A stretch of 64,000 nt of DNA from Candidatus Poribacteria bacterium (GCA_965215015.1 OZ244042.1:5248001-5312000); one strand, 5' to 3'. Numbered from the stretch's first letter, positions 10,529 to 20,639 are shown. Made by a program: numbers and translations. Notes: generated by a model not told the origin, from the sequence alone.

Positions 10529-10928
10529 TGGCATCACTGCCAACTGAGTCAATCCTCTGTTTCGAGTCCCTTTAATCCCTACTTCCCGCTATATTCGCCG
10601 ATGTAACCTGCTTCCAATCAGCTGCGAGCCATTCCCTGGCTACTGTCGCTGTTTCCAGCCAATCCATAGGGTATCGTCGAGTGTAATGCCATGGGGACTT
10701 GGGTTTCAAGCAATCCAGTCGTGCTCATGCACATCTTAGACTGTGATGCCCATCTAGCTGAGGATATTTCAGTATCAATCTCCTTTTGTTATTATGCTAT
10801 GTTCGGCCTCGGGTTTCCCCGCTTCAGCACTTTTACCGCGCCTACTATAAGACAGGAGGGACTGGAATTTTCTTACAATCCCAGTCCCGATAGTTGGGAC
10901 ACTCCTTATCCCCCTTTACACGGCGCAC
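10529..10928 (-). mobile_element. Probable truncated group II intron (5' end, domain I region; no IEP, no DV/DVI)
   Basis: Minus strand begins GTGCGCCGTGTAAAGG (GUGYG consensus) exactly where a dispersed repeat is interrupted. The ~400 nt are non-coding and hairpin-rich (gggactggga...tccagtccc, cggggaaacccg). Confidence 0.55.
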
Positions 10929-11028
10929 TCGGCTTCACTATGTTTTTGAAATTACAATCAGAATCGCTCTCCGCAATCTAGTTGTGGTGCTTGTCATTTT
11001 TTAATTGGTTCCGTTTAACCTAACCTAC
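10929..11028 (+). repeat. Copy of the ~100-bp hairpin-ended repeat, left end cut by the intron-like sequence
   Basis: cggcttcactatgtttttgaaattacaatcagaat...ggttccgtttaacctaacctac matches 22844-22944. Confidence 0.65.
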
Positions 11029-11171
11029 GTGCCCCACAAACTTCCCCCAATTCCACGCGCAAATGTATCAAAAATTGTGAAAGTCCTTCCTTTCAGTATT
11101 ACATATTTTATTAATTGTTTTAGATTTGTTAATATAAATTGATTGTTTTTGCCTTATTTTGCAAAAATATA

Positions 11172-11223
11172 TTGATATATTGATAAAAGTATGTTATATT
11201 TTTATTATTGACATAAAAAGTCA
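11172..11223 (+). promoter_or_regulatory. Sigma70 promoter plus candidate operator upstream of the DUF2089 operon
   Basis: TTGATA-N17-TATATT with TGn (11172-11200) in an AT-rich region; inverted repeat TGAC-N7-GTCA at 11209-11223. Confidence 0.55.
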
Positions 11224-11246
11224 TACTTTGAAGAGGTGAGATAACT

Positions 11247-11636
11247 TTGCGAAAGGTATTAGAAAAATGTCCAACATGCGGCGGTGAACTGACAATAACG
11301 AGTTTGCATTGTCGTTCCTGTCACACGAGGATTGAAAGTGAGTATTCGACCTGCCGCTTCTGTCGCTTGTCACAACAAAACCTTGATTTCATTGAGATTT
11401 TCGTTAAGAATCGCGGGAATATCAAGGAGATGGAGCGTGAGTTGGAGATCTCCTATCCGACTGTTCGAAGCCGGTTAGACGATGTGATCAAGGAGCTTGG
11501 TTATGAGGTTGAGGTGGAATCGCCTGGTCCGGGTGAGATGGCAGATGAACGCCGTGCTATCCTCAAGCAACTCAATGCCGGGGAGATCTCCGCGGCGGAG
11601 GCAACTGAATTGATCAATCAATTAAGGGGGAAATAA
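11247..11636 (+). CDS. DUF2089 family zinc-ribbon/HTH protein
   Basis: CPTCG...CRSC; FVKNRGNIKEMERELEISYPTVRSRLD; C-terminal ILKQLNAGEISAAEA; GAGGTG RBS before TTG. Confidence 0.88.
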   Translation: MRKVLEKCPTCGGELTITSLHCRSCHTRIESEYSTCRFCRLSQQNLDFIEIFVKNRGNIKEMERELEISYPTVRSRLDDVIKELGYEVEVESPGPGEMADERRAILKQLNAGEISAAEATELINQLRGK

Positions 11637-11638
11637 CG

Positions 11639-13018
11639 ATGAACGAGGAAAGAATGTTCATACTCAAAATGGTGGCTGAAGACAAAATCACCATAGAAGA
11701 GGGGGAATCGCTCTTGCAAACTCTTGACGCGCTTGATGAATCGAAGCAGGATTCCGCGGAACAGTCACTGTCCGAAGGTGAGCAAGGGGGCACTGCGGCG
11801 CGACAGTCATTGTCCAAAGATAAGCAAGGGAGTCTTGTTGAGTTATTAAAGGCTGGTGCCGAATCGCTGAAAGATCGGGATGGACTTTCGCTTAAATTTA
11901 GACGGGTATTGAAAAACTCGACTAGAGATGTGGAACGTGAAAGGTACCGTAATCGTGACAGCGGGCGCCAGGGCTGTCACGAGGAGCCAAGAGTCCAGAT
12001 GCAGCTTGAAACAGGTGAAAAGTTTGATCTGGAAATTGATAGCCGGCACGGCGATATTGAAGTGAGGTCATGGGCGAGAAACAGTCTCCAAATCGACTAT
12101 CAGATTACTGTGTGGGCAGCGGATGAGGAAACCGCGAAAGCACTCGCTTCAGAGATTGAAATCCGAATTGAGTCTGAAAAAGATGCCTCGGACCGGGCAA
12201 AGCGGGTTTTGATTACGACGAACTATCCGGAAGAATGGGGGTTATGGAGGAACAGTGGCCCACGTGCACGAGTTGATTATTGGCTGGTCGTCCCACAACA
12301 GACGAATTTGGAACTTGACAATCGGCACGGTGATGTGTCCGTAGACGATTTGCGTGGGACAACTACGGTCAGCAATCGACATGGTAATGTCTCTCTCCAT
12401 GCAATTGATGGCGATTTGGACTTAGACGCCCGCCATGGAAGCGTCGAAGCGGATTCGATTCAAGGGAATATGTTTTTTAAGGGTGGTCATGGGAATGCGG
12501 ATCTTGGTAAAGTCGGTGGTAACTTTAAAGGTGACTATAGACACGGACACCTTGAACTTGATGCGGTCGGAGGGGATCTCACCCTGACACATCGTCATGG
12601 TAATACCGTAGTCCACTCGGTGGAGGGCGTTATTGAGGTGGATAAGGGGCACGGGCGAATTGAGCTCCAAGGGGTACGCGACAGATTCCGCATTGACGCC
12701 AATCACGCAGACACCCATCTCGATGTGGTGTTGCCTTTAAGGGGGGATTGCGTCATCAAGGGGTATCATGCAAAAGTGAACCTCATTGCGCCGGAAAATG
12801 CGTTTGCGTCGATTCAGACGTCAACCTATCGCGGGCACATCTTCTCAGAATTTGAAGGGGATCTAACCAAGGGGAAACGGGATCAACAATTTACGGCAAC
12901 CCTCAGCGAAGATGGGGCAACCCTTCAGGTCAGCAACCATCACGGGCGGATTAATCTCCATTGCCGTGAAGCTGTGCTTTCGGAAGATACCCACGAAAAC
13001 GTGAAGCGTGAAACATAA
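11639..13018 (+). CDS. SHOCT-like N-terminus plus DUF4097 beta-repeat protein (His-Gly repeat variant)
   Basis: MNEERMFILKMVAEDKITIEEGESLL; ~19-aa beta repeats each with xRHG. Confidence 0.8.
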   Translation: MNEERMFILKMVAEDKITIEEGESLLQTLDALDESKQDSAEQSLSEGEQGGTAARQSLSKDKQGSLVELLKAGAESLKDRDGLSLKFRRVLKNSTRDVERERYRNRDSGRQGCHEEPRVQMQLETGEKFDLEIDSRHGDIEVRSWARNSLQIDYQITVWAADEETAKALASEIEIRIESEKDASDRAKRVLITTNYPEEWGLWRNSGPRARVDYWLVVPQQTNLELDNRHGDVSVDDLRGTTTVSNRHGNVSLHAIDGDLDLDARHGSVEADSIQGNMFFKGGHGNADLGKVGGNFKGDYRHGHLELDAVGGDLTLTHRHGNTVVHSVEGVIEVDKGHGRIELQGVRDRFRIDANHADTHLDVVLPLRGDCVIKGYHAKVNLIAPENAFASIQTSTYRGHIFSEFEGDLTKGKRDQQFTATLSEDGATLQVSNHHGRINLHCREAVLSEDTHENVKRET

Positions 13019-13484
13019 TTAAGAATCCGCGAATCTAACCCAAGTTGCTAGTAGTAGGCATACTCCGTATGCCTACTACTGTCGGGATTTATGGTTTATG
13101 GTGACGCGGGTTGAATGGCGTTACGACAAACTCAAGTGTGTAACTCCTATTATTATGAGCACCCCTCACATAACTAGGTTCTGTTGGCATTTATGTGAGG
13201 TATGTCCGTTATTTGCCGATAAATACCTAATCGTAGAGGCTTAGTTCCCTCACCCAACGAGTTGGGAAACCTAGCCCCTACAGGTTGGTGTGCAACCTAT
13301 AAGTTGTTCTTAGTAGGTGTTGATTTTGGAAAATTGACCGCCAAAAGTCTCCAGTTGCTTTGAATCCCGATCTTACCGGGGGCCTCAGATTGAAAACGCT
13401 CGGAACGGAGATTGGTTCAATACCTAGAACTTGCGCGAATCGAATCAAAATTAAACGCAAAGATGCTAAAAAGAGAAAGAGTTA

Positions 13485-14606
13485 ATGAAGGAGGATATAC
13501 CGATGAACCAAGAAAGACTTGCAATCCTTAAAATGCTTTCAGAGGGAAAAATCAGCGCGGAGGAGGCGGAAATGCTGTTGCGCGCCCTCGATGAAGCTGC
13601 GGCACCAGATGAAGAAACTAATTCTGAAGATGGAAAGCCCAAAAGGAGGCAGGAACTCCTGCAAGAGGTAACGGAAATCTTTCAGGAGGTTGGGCGAGAG
13701 ATTGAGAGTGATGTGAATAAGGCAATTAAATCGGTGCAAGGGTCAGATGTCAAAAAAATTGTCAACGAGGTGGTTGATCAGGTGAGGTCATCTGTCTCTG
13801 ATGCTATTGATTCTGTTGCTGATATTGCTGACATCGCCGGGGAGGAGAGTGGAAAACAGCAGTTCAAACGGCAACTGGACGTGTTTGAGGGCACCGGCAT
13901 CACCAAAATTGATGCACAAACCGCCAACGGGCAGATTACGCTTAAAGGTTCAGACCGAGATGGGGTTACCGTCCGGGCGCGGAAAGAGGTTCGTGGGAGG
14001 AGAGCTGTCGCAGAGGGATTTGCCCAAGAAGTCGAAATCTACGCGGAGCAGATTGGGGAGGAATTACGGATTTTCACCGAACACCCACCGCCCCCCAAAG
14101 GTGTCAATCTCGCGGTGCTTTATACAATTGAGACACCGCGGGAGGTAGATGTGAATCTCCGCACTGTCAACGGTAAGATCGAAATTAGTGGAATCAGTGG
14201 ATCGATTGATGCGACGACCGTTAATGATGTCATAAAATTGGAAGGTGAAACGGGGCCAATTCGTGCCCGCACCACTAACGGATCTATTAGAGCCGAAATC
14301 GATAGGCTAAGCAACGATGCGGAGTTTTCGACAACCAATGGCTTGATAGCAGTAGAGGTGCACCGTGGCGTTGCCCCTGTGACTGCATTGACGACGAATG
14401 GTTCCATCAATTTAACGCTTCCCGCAGATTTTGCCGGACAGCTGGATGCTGAAGCGCGGAGGGGGCGTGCACATTCCGATTTCCCCGTCCCCGTTGTTGG
14501 GAAGGTCAGAAATCGGCTCAAGGGCGAAATTGGCGAAGGTGGCAAGGCGGTTGTCAAGTTGCGGAGTACGAATGGGTCAATTCGTTTGAAACGGCAGGAA
14601 CCTTGA
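13485..14606 (+). CDS. SHOCT-like N-terminus plus DUF4097 protein (LiaX/YvlB-like)
   Basis: MNQERLAILKMLSEGKISAEEAEMLL; T(V/T)NG beta repeats. True start probably ATG 13503 after AAGGAGG. Confidence 0.82.
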   Translation: MKEDIPMNQERLAILKMLSEGKISAEEAEMLLRALDEAAAPDEETNSEDGKPKRRQELLQEVTEIFQEVGREIESDVNKAIKSVQGSDVKKIVNEVVDQVRSSVSDAIDSVADIADIAGEESGKQQFKRQLDVFEGTGITKIDAQTANGQITLKGSDRDGVTVRARKEVRGRRAVAEGFAQEVEIYAEQIGEELRIFTEHPPPPKGVNLAVLYTIETPREVDVNLRTVNGKIEISGISGSIDATTVNDVIKLEGETGPIRARTTNGSIRAEIDRLSNDAEFSTTNGLIAVEVHRGVAPVTALTTNGSINLTLPADFAGQLDAEARRGRAHSDFPVPVVGKVRNRLKGEIGEGGKAVVKLRSTNGSIRLKRQEP

Positions 14607-14830
14607 AGCATGAAACGTGAGACGTGAAACTTGGCAGGTTGGGGAACCCCGATTTCATCGAGGGCAGGTGCCGGTTTTGTTTTTTTTAAGTGGGAATATT
14701 ACAAAGCGGATTGAGTCTGGATTATTGCGTGATGGTTCTAGGTATCTTCCACGATTCCGTAAGGCAAAGAGTTTGGCAAGGGAATCGGGATCTACGCCAC
14801 GTTAATTGAAGATAGTTTTAGGAGGTTATT

Positions 14831-15841
14831 ATGAGGATGGGATTTGGTAAATTTCAAATCATACCGATGTTACAAGGCGTGCTATTGGTAGGAGCAGCTA
14901 TTGCTGACGCTGGTGTTGAAAATAACATCGAGAGGTCGTTTCAAGTCGCTCCCAGCGGGCGTTTGATGGTTGATACAGACAGGGGCTCAATTGAGGTCCG
15001 CACGGCAGACCGCGATTATGTTGATGTAGAGATTGAAAGGAAAGTTAAAAGGGGCGGCAAATGGAGCGTTGAAGAAGTCCTTGAGGATTTCGCAATCACC
15101 TTTAACCATGGCGACGGTGAAGTTGCAATCCGGGCGAAGTACGATCGGAAAAATCTTTGGCAATGGAATCGGGAAAGAAATCGATTGCGGATTAAATTCT
15201 TGATTACCGTGCCGCAACGGTACAACGTTGATCTGAAAACTTCAGGGGGAGGCATTTCCGTTGAAGATTTGGAAGGTGAGGTTCGAGGTCAGACATCGGG
15301 CGGCGGTCTCCGCTTCGGAAAAATCAAAGGTCCTGTTTGGGGACGGACTTCGGGCGGCAGCATTAAATTAGAGGGGACGCAAGGTGATGCTGATGTCAAG
15401 ACCTCCGGCGGTGGGATAACAATCGGAAACGTGGAAGGAGCGGTTCAAGCCATAACCTCCGGTGGATCGATTCGGATCGATAAGGCAACGGGTAGTGTCA
15501 ACGTCAAAACTTCCGGGGGTAGCATTACGGTTAAAGAAGTGATGGGAGACATTACCGCGAAGACTTCTGGTGGTTCTATTAAAACGTATATTTCCCGTCA
15601 ACCTGAAGAGGATTGCTCGTTGGAAACATCAGGGGGAAGTGTAACTGCCTACCTTGTTGAGGACATCGCGGTTGATGTGGATGCTCGGACAAGCGGCGGT
15701 CATGTGTCCACCGATGTTCCCATCACAGTTGTTACACAGGGCAAGATAAGCAAAAACAGGCTACAGGGTGCGATTAATGGCGGGGGACCGCTGCTTAAAC
15801 TGCGTACCTCGGGCGGTGGTGTTCGTCTACGCAAAAAGTAG
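14831..15841 (+). CDS. Exported DUF4097 beta-repeat protein
   Basis: Signal-peptide-like N-terminus; ten TSGG repeats; GGAGG RBS. Confidence 0.85.
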   Translation: MRMGFGKFQIIPMLQGVLLVGAAIADAGVENNIERSFQVAPSGRLMVDTDRGSIEVRTADRDYVDVEIERKVKRGGKWSVEEVLEDFAITFNHGDGEVAIRAKYDRKNLWQWNRERNRLRIKFLITVPQRYNVDLKTSGGGISVEDLEGEVRGQTSGGGLRFGKIKGPVWGRTSGGSIKLEGTQGDADVKTSGGGITIGNVEGAVQAITSGGSIRIDKATGSVNVKTSGGSITVKEVMGDITAKTSGGSIKTYISRQPEEDCSLETSGGSVTAYLVEDIAVDVDARTSGGHVSTDVPITVVTQGKISKNRLQGAINGGGPLLKLRTSGGGVRLRKK

Positions 15842-15974
15842 TTTATTCGTGGGTGCATTTGTTCATTGGTTTAAGGGGTCTATGAACCAGTAGATAAATG
15901 AACTCTGAATCAACTAGCGTCGAGTATGGAAACCCGACCTACAGGTTACGGCATACGGCGTATGCCTACTACTA

Positions 15975-16682
15975 TTAAATTGTGCCGTCCTGTGGTTCGT
16001 AGCCGAGGATTTCACAGGTGTGCGAAATGTCGAGCCGTGGGGTTTTATGGCGGCTCTGTCCATGCACGATTGCGAAGTCAACCCCTTCAACATCAATACA
16101 ACACCCGATTAGTTGTGCCAGATCTCGTTGGCTGATCCAACCCTCTGTTAGGTCGCCTTGATTTCGGTTTGGTTCACCGTCTCGCTTAATTCCGCCGATT
16201 CGGATTGCGATTGAGGACAACCCGTCGTGTGCGAAACAGCGTCCCAATGCCTCTCCGAAGCATTTGGTTACGCCGTAGACATTTGGGGGATTCACCGGCA
16301 TATCCCAAGTGACAGAGCGGTCCGGCGGATAGGCTAACATTGCGTTGATGCTGCTGGCAAAGACGACGCGCTCACAGCCTTGGTCTTTCGCCGCTTGAAA
16401 GACGTTATATGTGCCGATGATGTTCAGCGACAGCAGGGTTTCGTAGAAGTCTGCCATTGGACTGCGATCCGCGGCGAGGTGGACAACTGTATCCATCCCC
16501 TCGCAGGCGCGCTGCATCTGGTCGAGGTCGGCGATGTTTGCCTTCATAACTTCATGCCCTTGTGGATTTTCGATTTCAGCGATGTCTGCTAGTCGCATGA
16601 TGTACCGATCGCCGTAATTTTGACGAATATAGCTGCCGATGAATCCTGCTGCACCGGTAATTAAAACTCGTTTACGTACCAT
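15975..16682 (-). CDS. NAD-dependent epimerase/dehydratase (uronate dehydrogenase-like)
   Basis: VLITGAAGFIG, VVHLAA, VFASS, YGVTK. Confidence 0.88.
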   Translation of the reverse strand: MVRKRVLITGAAGFIGSYIRQNYGDRYIMRLADIAEIENPQGHEVMKANIADLDQMQRACEGMDTVVHLAADRSPMADFYETLLSLNIIGTYNVFQAAKDQGCERVVFASSINAMLAYPPDRSVTWDMPVNPPNVYGVTKCFGEALGRCFAHDGLSSIAIRIGGIKRDGEPNRNQGDLTEGWISQRDLAQLIGCCIDVEGVDFAIVHGQSRHKTPRLDISHTCEILGYEPQDGTI

Positions 16683-16686
16683 ACTC

Positions 16687-17469
16687 TTATTTCTCCTTCT
16701 GTTTTGCTTCTTCCCAGATAAGGTCTAAGCCTGCTAAATTGTAGTCTTTGAAAGTTTTACCGCGTTGTTCAAGGGTTTCCTCCATTCTTTGGAAGCGGTT
16801 CGTAAACTTGCGAACCGCTTGGCGCAATGCCTCCTCTGCCTGCAGGTCCAAAAAACGGCATAGGTTCACCACTGAGAACAGCAGATCTCCAATTTCCATC
16901 TCGATGTCCGCCGCATCCCCCTGCTTCACGCTCGCTTGAATTTCCTCGATTTCTTCCTCTAGCTTCGGAAGGACGTCGTCGGCGGTGTTCCAGTCGAACC
17001 CGACGCGAGCGGCTCTGTTCTGAATTTTCTGCGCCCTCAAGAGGCTCGGCAGGGCTTCTGGCACTCCATCGAGGACAGATTTTCGATCTTCATAGCCTGC
17101 CTCGCTTCGCTTAATCGCTTCCCAATTCTGAAGCACCCTTTCCACGTCCTTTGCCTTTACATCTCCAAAGACATGCGGGTGGCGGCGGATGAGTTTATCC
17201 GTTATTGAACGCAGGACTTCATTGATACTGAAATCACCTCGATCCTTTGCAATTTGTGCGTGGAGCATAACTTGCTGAAGAAGGTCGCCGAGTTCTTCCT
17301 GTAGCTTGTCCGATGATTTCGCATCGATTGCCTCGATCACTTCGTAGGTTTCTTCGATGAGGTCTGCCTTCAGGGTTTCGTGGGTCTGTGCCTTGTCCCA
17401 GGGGCAGCCATTTTCACCGCGTAGGGTGGCGACAACTTGAACGAGTTGGTCAAATAGTTCTTTGTGCAT
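16687..17469 (-). CDS. mazG: Nucleoside triphosphate pyrophosphohydrolase MazG
   Basis: LRGENGCPWDKAQT, EETYEV, EELGDLL, KLIRRHPHVFG, second domain EIGDLLFSVVN. Confidence 0.95.
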   Translation of the reverse strand: MHKELFDQLVQVVATLRGENGCPWDKAQTHETLKADLIEETYEVIEAIDAKSSDKLQEELGDLLQQVMLHAQIAKDRGDFSINEVLRSITDKLIRRHPHVFGDVKAKDVERVLQNWEAIKRSEAGYEDRKSVLDGVPEALPSLLRAQKIQNRAARVGFDWNTADDVLPKLEEEIEEIQASVKQGDAADIEMEIGDLLFSVVNLCRFLDLQAEEALRQAVRKFTNRFQRMEETLEQRGKTFKDYNLAGLDLIWEEAKQKEK

Positions 17470-17492
17470 AGATAGTAGCCTCCAAGCAGATA

Positions 17493-17564
17493 AGTATAGG
17501 GCATGTCTGCCTTCTCTGTCAAGTTGGAAAAGCTATTGACGCTCCGACCTCTGCATGTTATGAT
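17493..17564. promoter_or_regulatory. Divergent sigma70 promoters (mazG and YpjD-like gene)
   Basis: Minus: TTGACA(17522-17517)-N18-TATACT(17498-17493). Plus: TTGACG(17536)-N17-TATGAT(17564) with TGn. Confidence 0.65.
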
Positions 17565-17870
17565 AATTTAATCGTGAAGCGTGAAACGTGAGGAATCATG
17601 TGTAATATGTGAAGGATTCATTAGTGAAATCGTAGTAGGCAGTTCCGCCGTGCTGTCCCCTCTAAGAACCCAAGAACCCCACCCCTAACCCCTCAAATAC
17701 CCATACGATATCTCTTCCCCCTGCTTGCGGGGGGATTGAGGGGGGTAGGCTCAATGAGCCAGGAATTGACGGACAACCCACAGGGTGTTTAGCGGAGTGG
17801 GGACGCAACCCGCAAGTGGGGGAGGGGGGGATGGCATACGGCGTATGCCTACCACTATATGGGGTGAAGG

Positions 17871-18200
17871 ATGGAATATACACTTGAAAACTGTCAGAAA
17901 TTGGTCGATGAATGGATTAAAACAGTTGGGGTCCGTTATTTTTCCGAGTTGACGAATACTGCTATCTTGATGGAAGAGGTTGGGGAGCTGGCTCGCATCA
18001 TGGCACGCCGGTATGGAGATCAGAGCTTTAAGGCCTCAGATAGAGAAGTAGATCTCGCGGAAGAGATGGCGGACGTGCTGTTTGTGCTGATCTGTTTGGC
18101 GAATCAGACCGGGGTGGAGCTAGAGGGCGCCTTTCGGAAGTCGATCGAGAAAAAGACGAAGCGTGACCGGCAGCGGCATCAGGAGAATCCCAAGCTGTGA
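17871..18200 (+). CDS. MazG-like nucleotide pyrophosphohydrolase (YpjD family)
   Basis: YFSELTN, EEVGELAR, YGDQSFK, EEMADVLFVLICLANQTG. Confidence 0.9.
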   Translation: MEYTLENCQKLVDEWIKTVGVRYFSELTNTAILMEEVGELARIMARRYGDQSFKASDREVDLAEEMADVLFVLICLANQTGVELEGAFRKSIEKKTKRDRQRHQENPKL

Positions 18201-18293
18201 TACTAGTTGGTTTATTCGTTCAAAAGTTCATTAATTTACCAGTGAACCGATGTACCAATGAACTCAATCTCCTTACCAACTCGCCCTTGGTTC

Positions 18294-19490
18294 CTATGGA
18301 AGATTGACTTCTGTTTCTACTGCTTCGTCATAATTGACGCCATTGACATCAAAGCCGAACAGGTTGCGGAAACTGTGCTGCAGACCATCGTAGTCGGAGA
18401 TCTCGCGGAAGTTGCCGGTGTTAATTTGGTCCCACCGTTCTATAATTTCGGCGGTGACATCGGCGCGGAGTTCTCTGTCATCGAGTCGGATGCGGCGTTC
18501 AGCGTCGAGCGTTGGGGATAGGTCGGGCCCTATATGTTCTGTGAAAAGCCGTCCCATCTGTGCGATTGGATCTTCGTTGATTTCTTTTGCCTCCATAATT
18601 TGGTTGAGGATGCTCATGTAAAGGGGGACCACTGGGATCGCCATTGATGCCTGTGAAACGATGGCTTTGTTGACGGAGAGGTAGACGTTCCCGCCAAGTT
18701 TGTCGGCGAGGGTTTTGTCTAGCATGTTGACGTGGGTTTCCAGGTTCTCTTTCGCTTTGCCGATTGTGCCGTCGCGATAGATAGCCCATGTGAGCTCGGG
18801 TCCGATGTAGGTGTATGTTACCACCGTCGCCCCCTGTGCGAGCAGATTTTCGGCTAACAGTGCGTCCACCCAAAATTTCAGGTCTTCACCTCCCATCACG
18901 GCGACGGTATCGATGACCTCTTGTTCGGACGCTGCTTCAAGGGTAACATCGGTGACGACCTCTCGATTCAAGTCGATCGTTTGGCTGGTGTAGGACTGGC
19001 CGATCGGCTTCAACACGGAATTATGTTCTGCGCCGGTGCGTGGATGGATCCGCCGTGGAGCCGCGATGCTGTAAACGAGCATATCGATTTTGCCCATACT
19101 CCCTTTGATTCGATTGACGGCTTCCCCCTTAATCTCATCAGAAAAGGCATCGCCGTTGATGCTTTCGGCGGAGAAACCGTCTTGTGCTGCGAGTTGGTGG
19201 AAGGTGGCAGAGTTATAGTAGCCTGCTGTGGCGGTTCGTTTTCCGGATGCTGGCCGTTCATAGAAAATCCCGAGCGATTTTGCGGCGTAGGCCCAGGTGA
19301 GCGCGATGCGGGAGGCGAGTCCGTACCCGGTCGATGCGCCGACTACTAGCGCGTTGAGCCCCTTTTGTTTGGTTGTGGCAGTTTCTTTAATATAATTTAC
19401 CTGGTTCTGGATGTTTTGGTGACATCCGATTGGATGGGCATTTGTGCAGATAAAGCCTCGGATTCGAGGTTTAACGATTTCTACTGACAT
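18294..19490 (-). CDS. fabV: Enoyl-ACP reductase FabV / trans-2-enoyl-CoA reductase
   Basis: KPRIRGFICTNAHPIGC, GASTGYGLASRI, SINGDAFS, VMGGED, YRDGTIGKAK. Confidence 0.93.
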   Translation of the reverse strand: MSVEIVKPRIRGFICTNAHPIGCHQNIQNQVNYIKETATTKQKGLNALVVGASTGYGLASRIALTWAYAAKSLGIFYERPASGKRTATAGYYNSATFHQLAAQDGFSAESINGDAFSDEIKGEAVNRIKGSMGKIDMLVYSIAAPRRIHPRTGAEHNSVLKPIGQSYTSQTIDLNREVVTDVTLEAASEQEVIDTVAVMGGEDLKFWVDALLAENLLAQGATVVTYTYIGPELTWAIYRDGTIGKAKENLETHVNMLDKTLADKLGGNVYLSVNKAIVSQASMAIPVVPLYMSILNQIMEAKEINEDPIAQMGRLFTEHIGPDLSPTLDAERRIRLDDRELRADVTAEIIERWDQINTGNFREISDYDGLQHSFRNLFGFDVNGVNYDEAVETEVNLP

Positions 19491-19599
19491 GGGGTATCCT
19501 TTCTTTATTGGTTCATTGGTCTATTAGTTCATTGGTTCATCGAATTGATCAATAGCTTTCTGAATCGTGAAGGGTAATTCGTAATGCGTGTTGATACCG

Positions 19600-19661
19600 C
19601 AATTCGGCTCTTATAGGAATGGGACGAGAATCCCAAGCCTTTAGGGGTGGGAGTACGTCAA
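19600..19661 (+). mobile_element. Isolated IS200/IS605-type right end
   Basis: AGAATCCCAAGCCTTTAGGGGTGGGAGTACGTCAA: subterminal hairpin plus TCAA; same end follows the tnpB remnant at 37183. Confidence 0.75.
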
Positions 19662-19720
19662 TCTTTACTATTTAGGAGTTACGCACTTCCGAGGGAACAA
19701 CAATCGTTATCGTTATAGAG

Positions 19721-20033
19721 ATGTTCTCGAAGAAACGCCCCACGCTTTCAGATCTGCTCAAGCCGTTGGAATTGACCTCCTTTATCTCCGACGAAATTCA
19801 TGCGCCCATCTCCGTGGACCCGAAGGCTAAAATGGAAGAGGTCGCTGAGGTTTTTGACAAAGCAGGTATTGTCGAATGGGTGGACGGAGTCTCGATTCGC
19901 TTTGATGGTTGGCATCTCATGTCCGTCCTTCCAACACGGAGTCTCTGCTCTATCTCAACGTTGGATCAATGTCAAGTGAGCTTATGGAGCAGAGGTGGGA
20001 CGTGGCTTTGGAGGTGATTCAAGCGGAGGGTAG
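19721..20033 (+). pseudogene. C-terminal fragment of a phosphomannomutase/phosphoglucomutase, frameshifted
   Basis: WVDGVSIRFDGWHL then a shifted frame reading VRPSNTESLLYLNV (canonical DG...NVRPSNTEP); N-terminal domains absent. Confidence 0.75.
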
Positions 20034-20083
20034 GTAAAAGTTGTTGCCCATGTTAAGACGTAATGCAAAGAAACCTCGTGCAA

Positions 20084-20113
20084 CAGAAACCGAGTTTTTT
20101 AAACTCGGTTTCT
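20084..20113. terminator. Hairpin repeat or bidirectional terminator
   Basis: agaaaccgagtttttt-aaactcggtttct, perfect inverted repeat between convergent genes; related copy at about 1582-1617. Confidence 0.6.
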
Positions 20114-20131
20114 CCTGTCCCTTTCACATTA

Positions 20132-20590
20132 CTACTCGATTTCGATGACCAATTCGACTTCGACGGGGATGCTGCCGGGTAATTGTACCATCCCGACTGC
20201 TGATCGTGCGTGCCTGCCGTTATCGCCGAACACTTCCACCAATAGATCCGATACGCCGTTGACCACAGATGGCTGCTCGGTGAAGGTCGGGGCAGAATTG
20301 ACGAAGCCGACGACTTTCACGATGCGTTTGACCCGATCTAGGTCGCCGAGGGCATTTTTGAGCGTGGCGAGGAGGCATAAGCCAACCTGCCGTGCGGATT
20401 GATAGCCTTGCTCGGCTGTTAAATCTGTTCCTACCTGACCTTTGTAAAGGGGCCCTTCGCCACTGCCGGGTCCGTGACCTGATGTGAATATCAGGTTTCC
20501 TGTCTGTACCGTCGTCACATAATTCCCTACCGGTGTTGCTGCTGCTGGCAGCTCAATTCCGAGTTCTTCCAGTCGTTTCTCTATTTGCAT
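20132..20590 (-). CDS. RidA/YjgF family protein
   Basis: GNYV, FTSGHGP, LGDLDRVKRIVKV, NGVSDLLVEVFG, HARSAVG, PVEVE. Confidence 0.92.
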   Translation of the reverse strand: MQIEKRLEELGIELPAAATPVGNYVTTVQTGNLIFTSGHGPGSGEGPLYKGQVGTDLTAEQGYQSARQVGLCLLATLKNALGDLDRVKRIVKVVGFVNSAPTFTEQPSVVNGVSDLLVEVFGDNGRHARSAVGMVQLPGSIPVEVELVIEIE

Positions 20591-20639
20591 AACGGATGTT
20601 TCCTCCTAGGAAATAGGTTAGATTTAATGCTGATAATGC

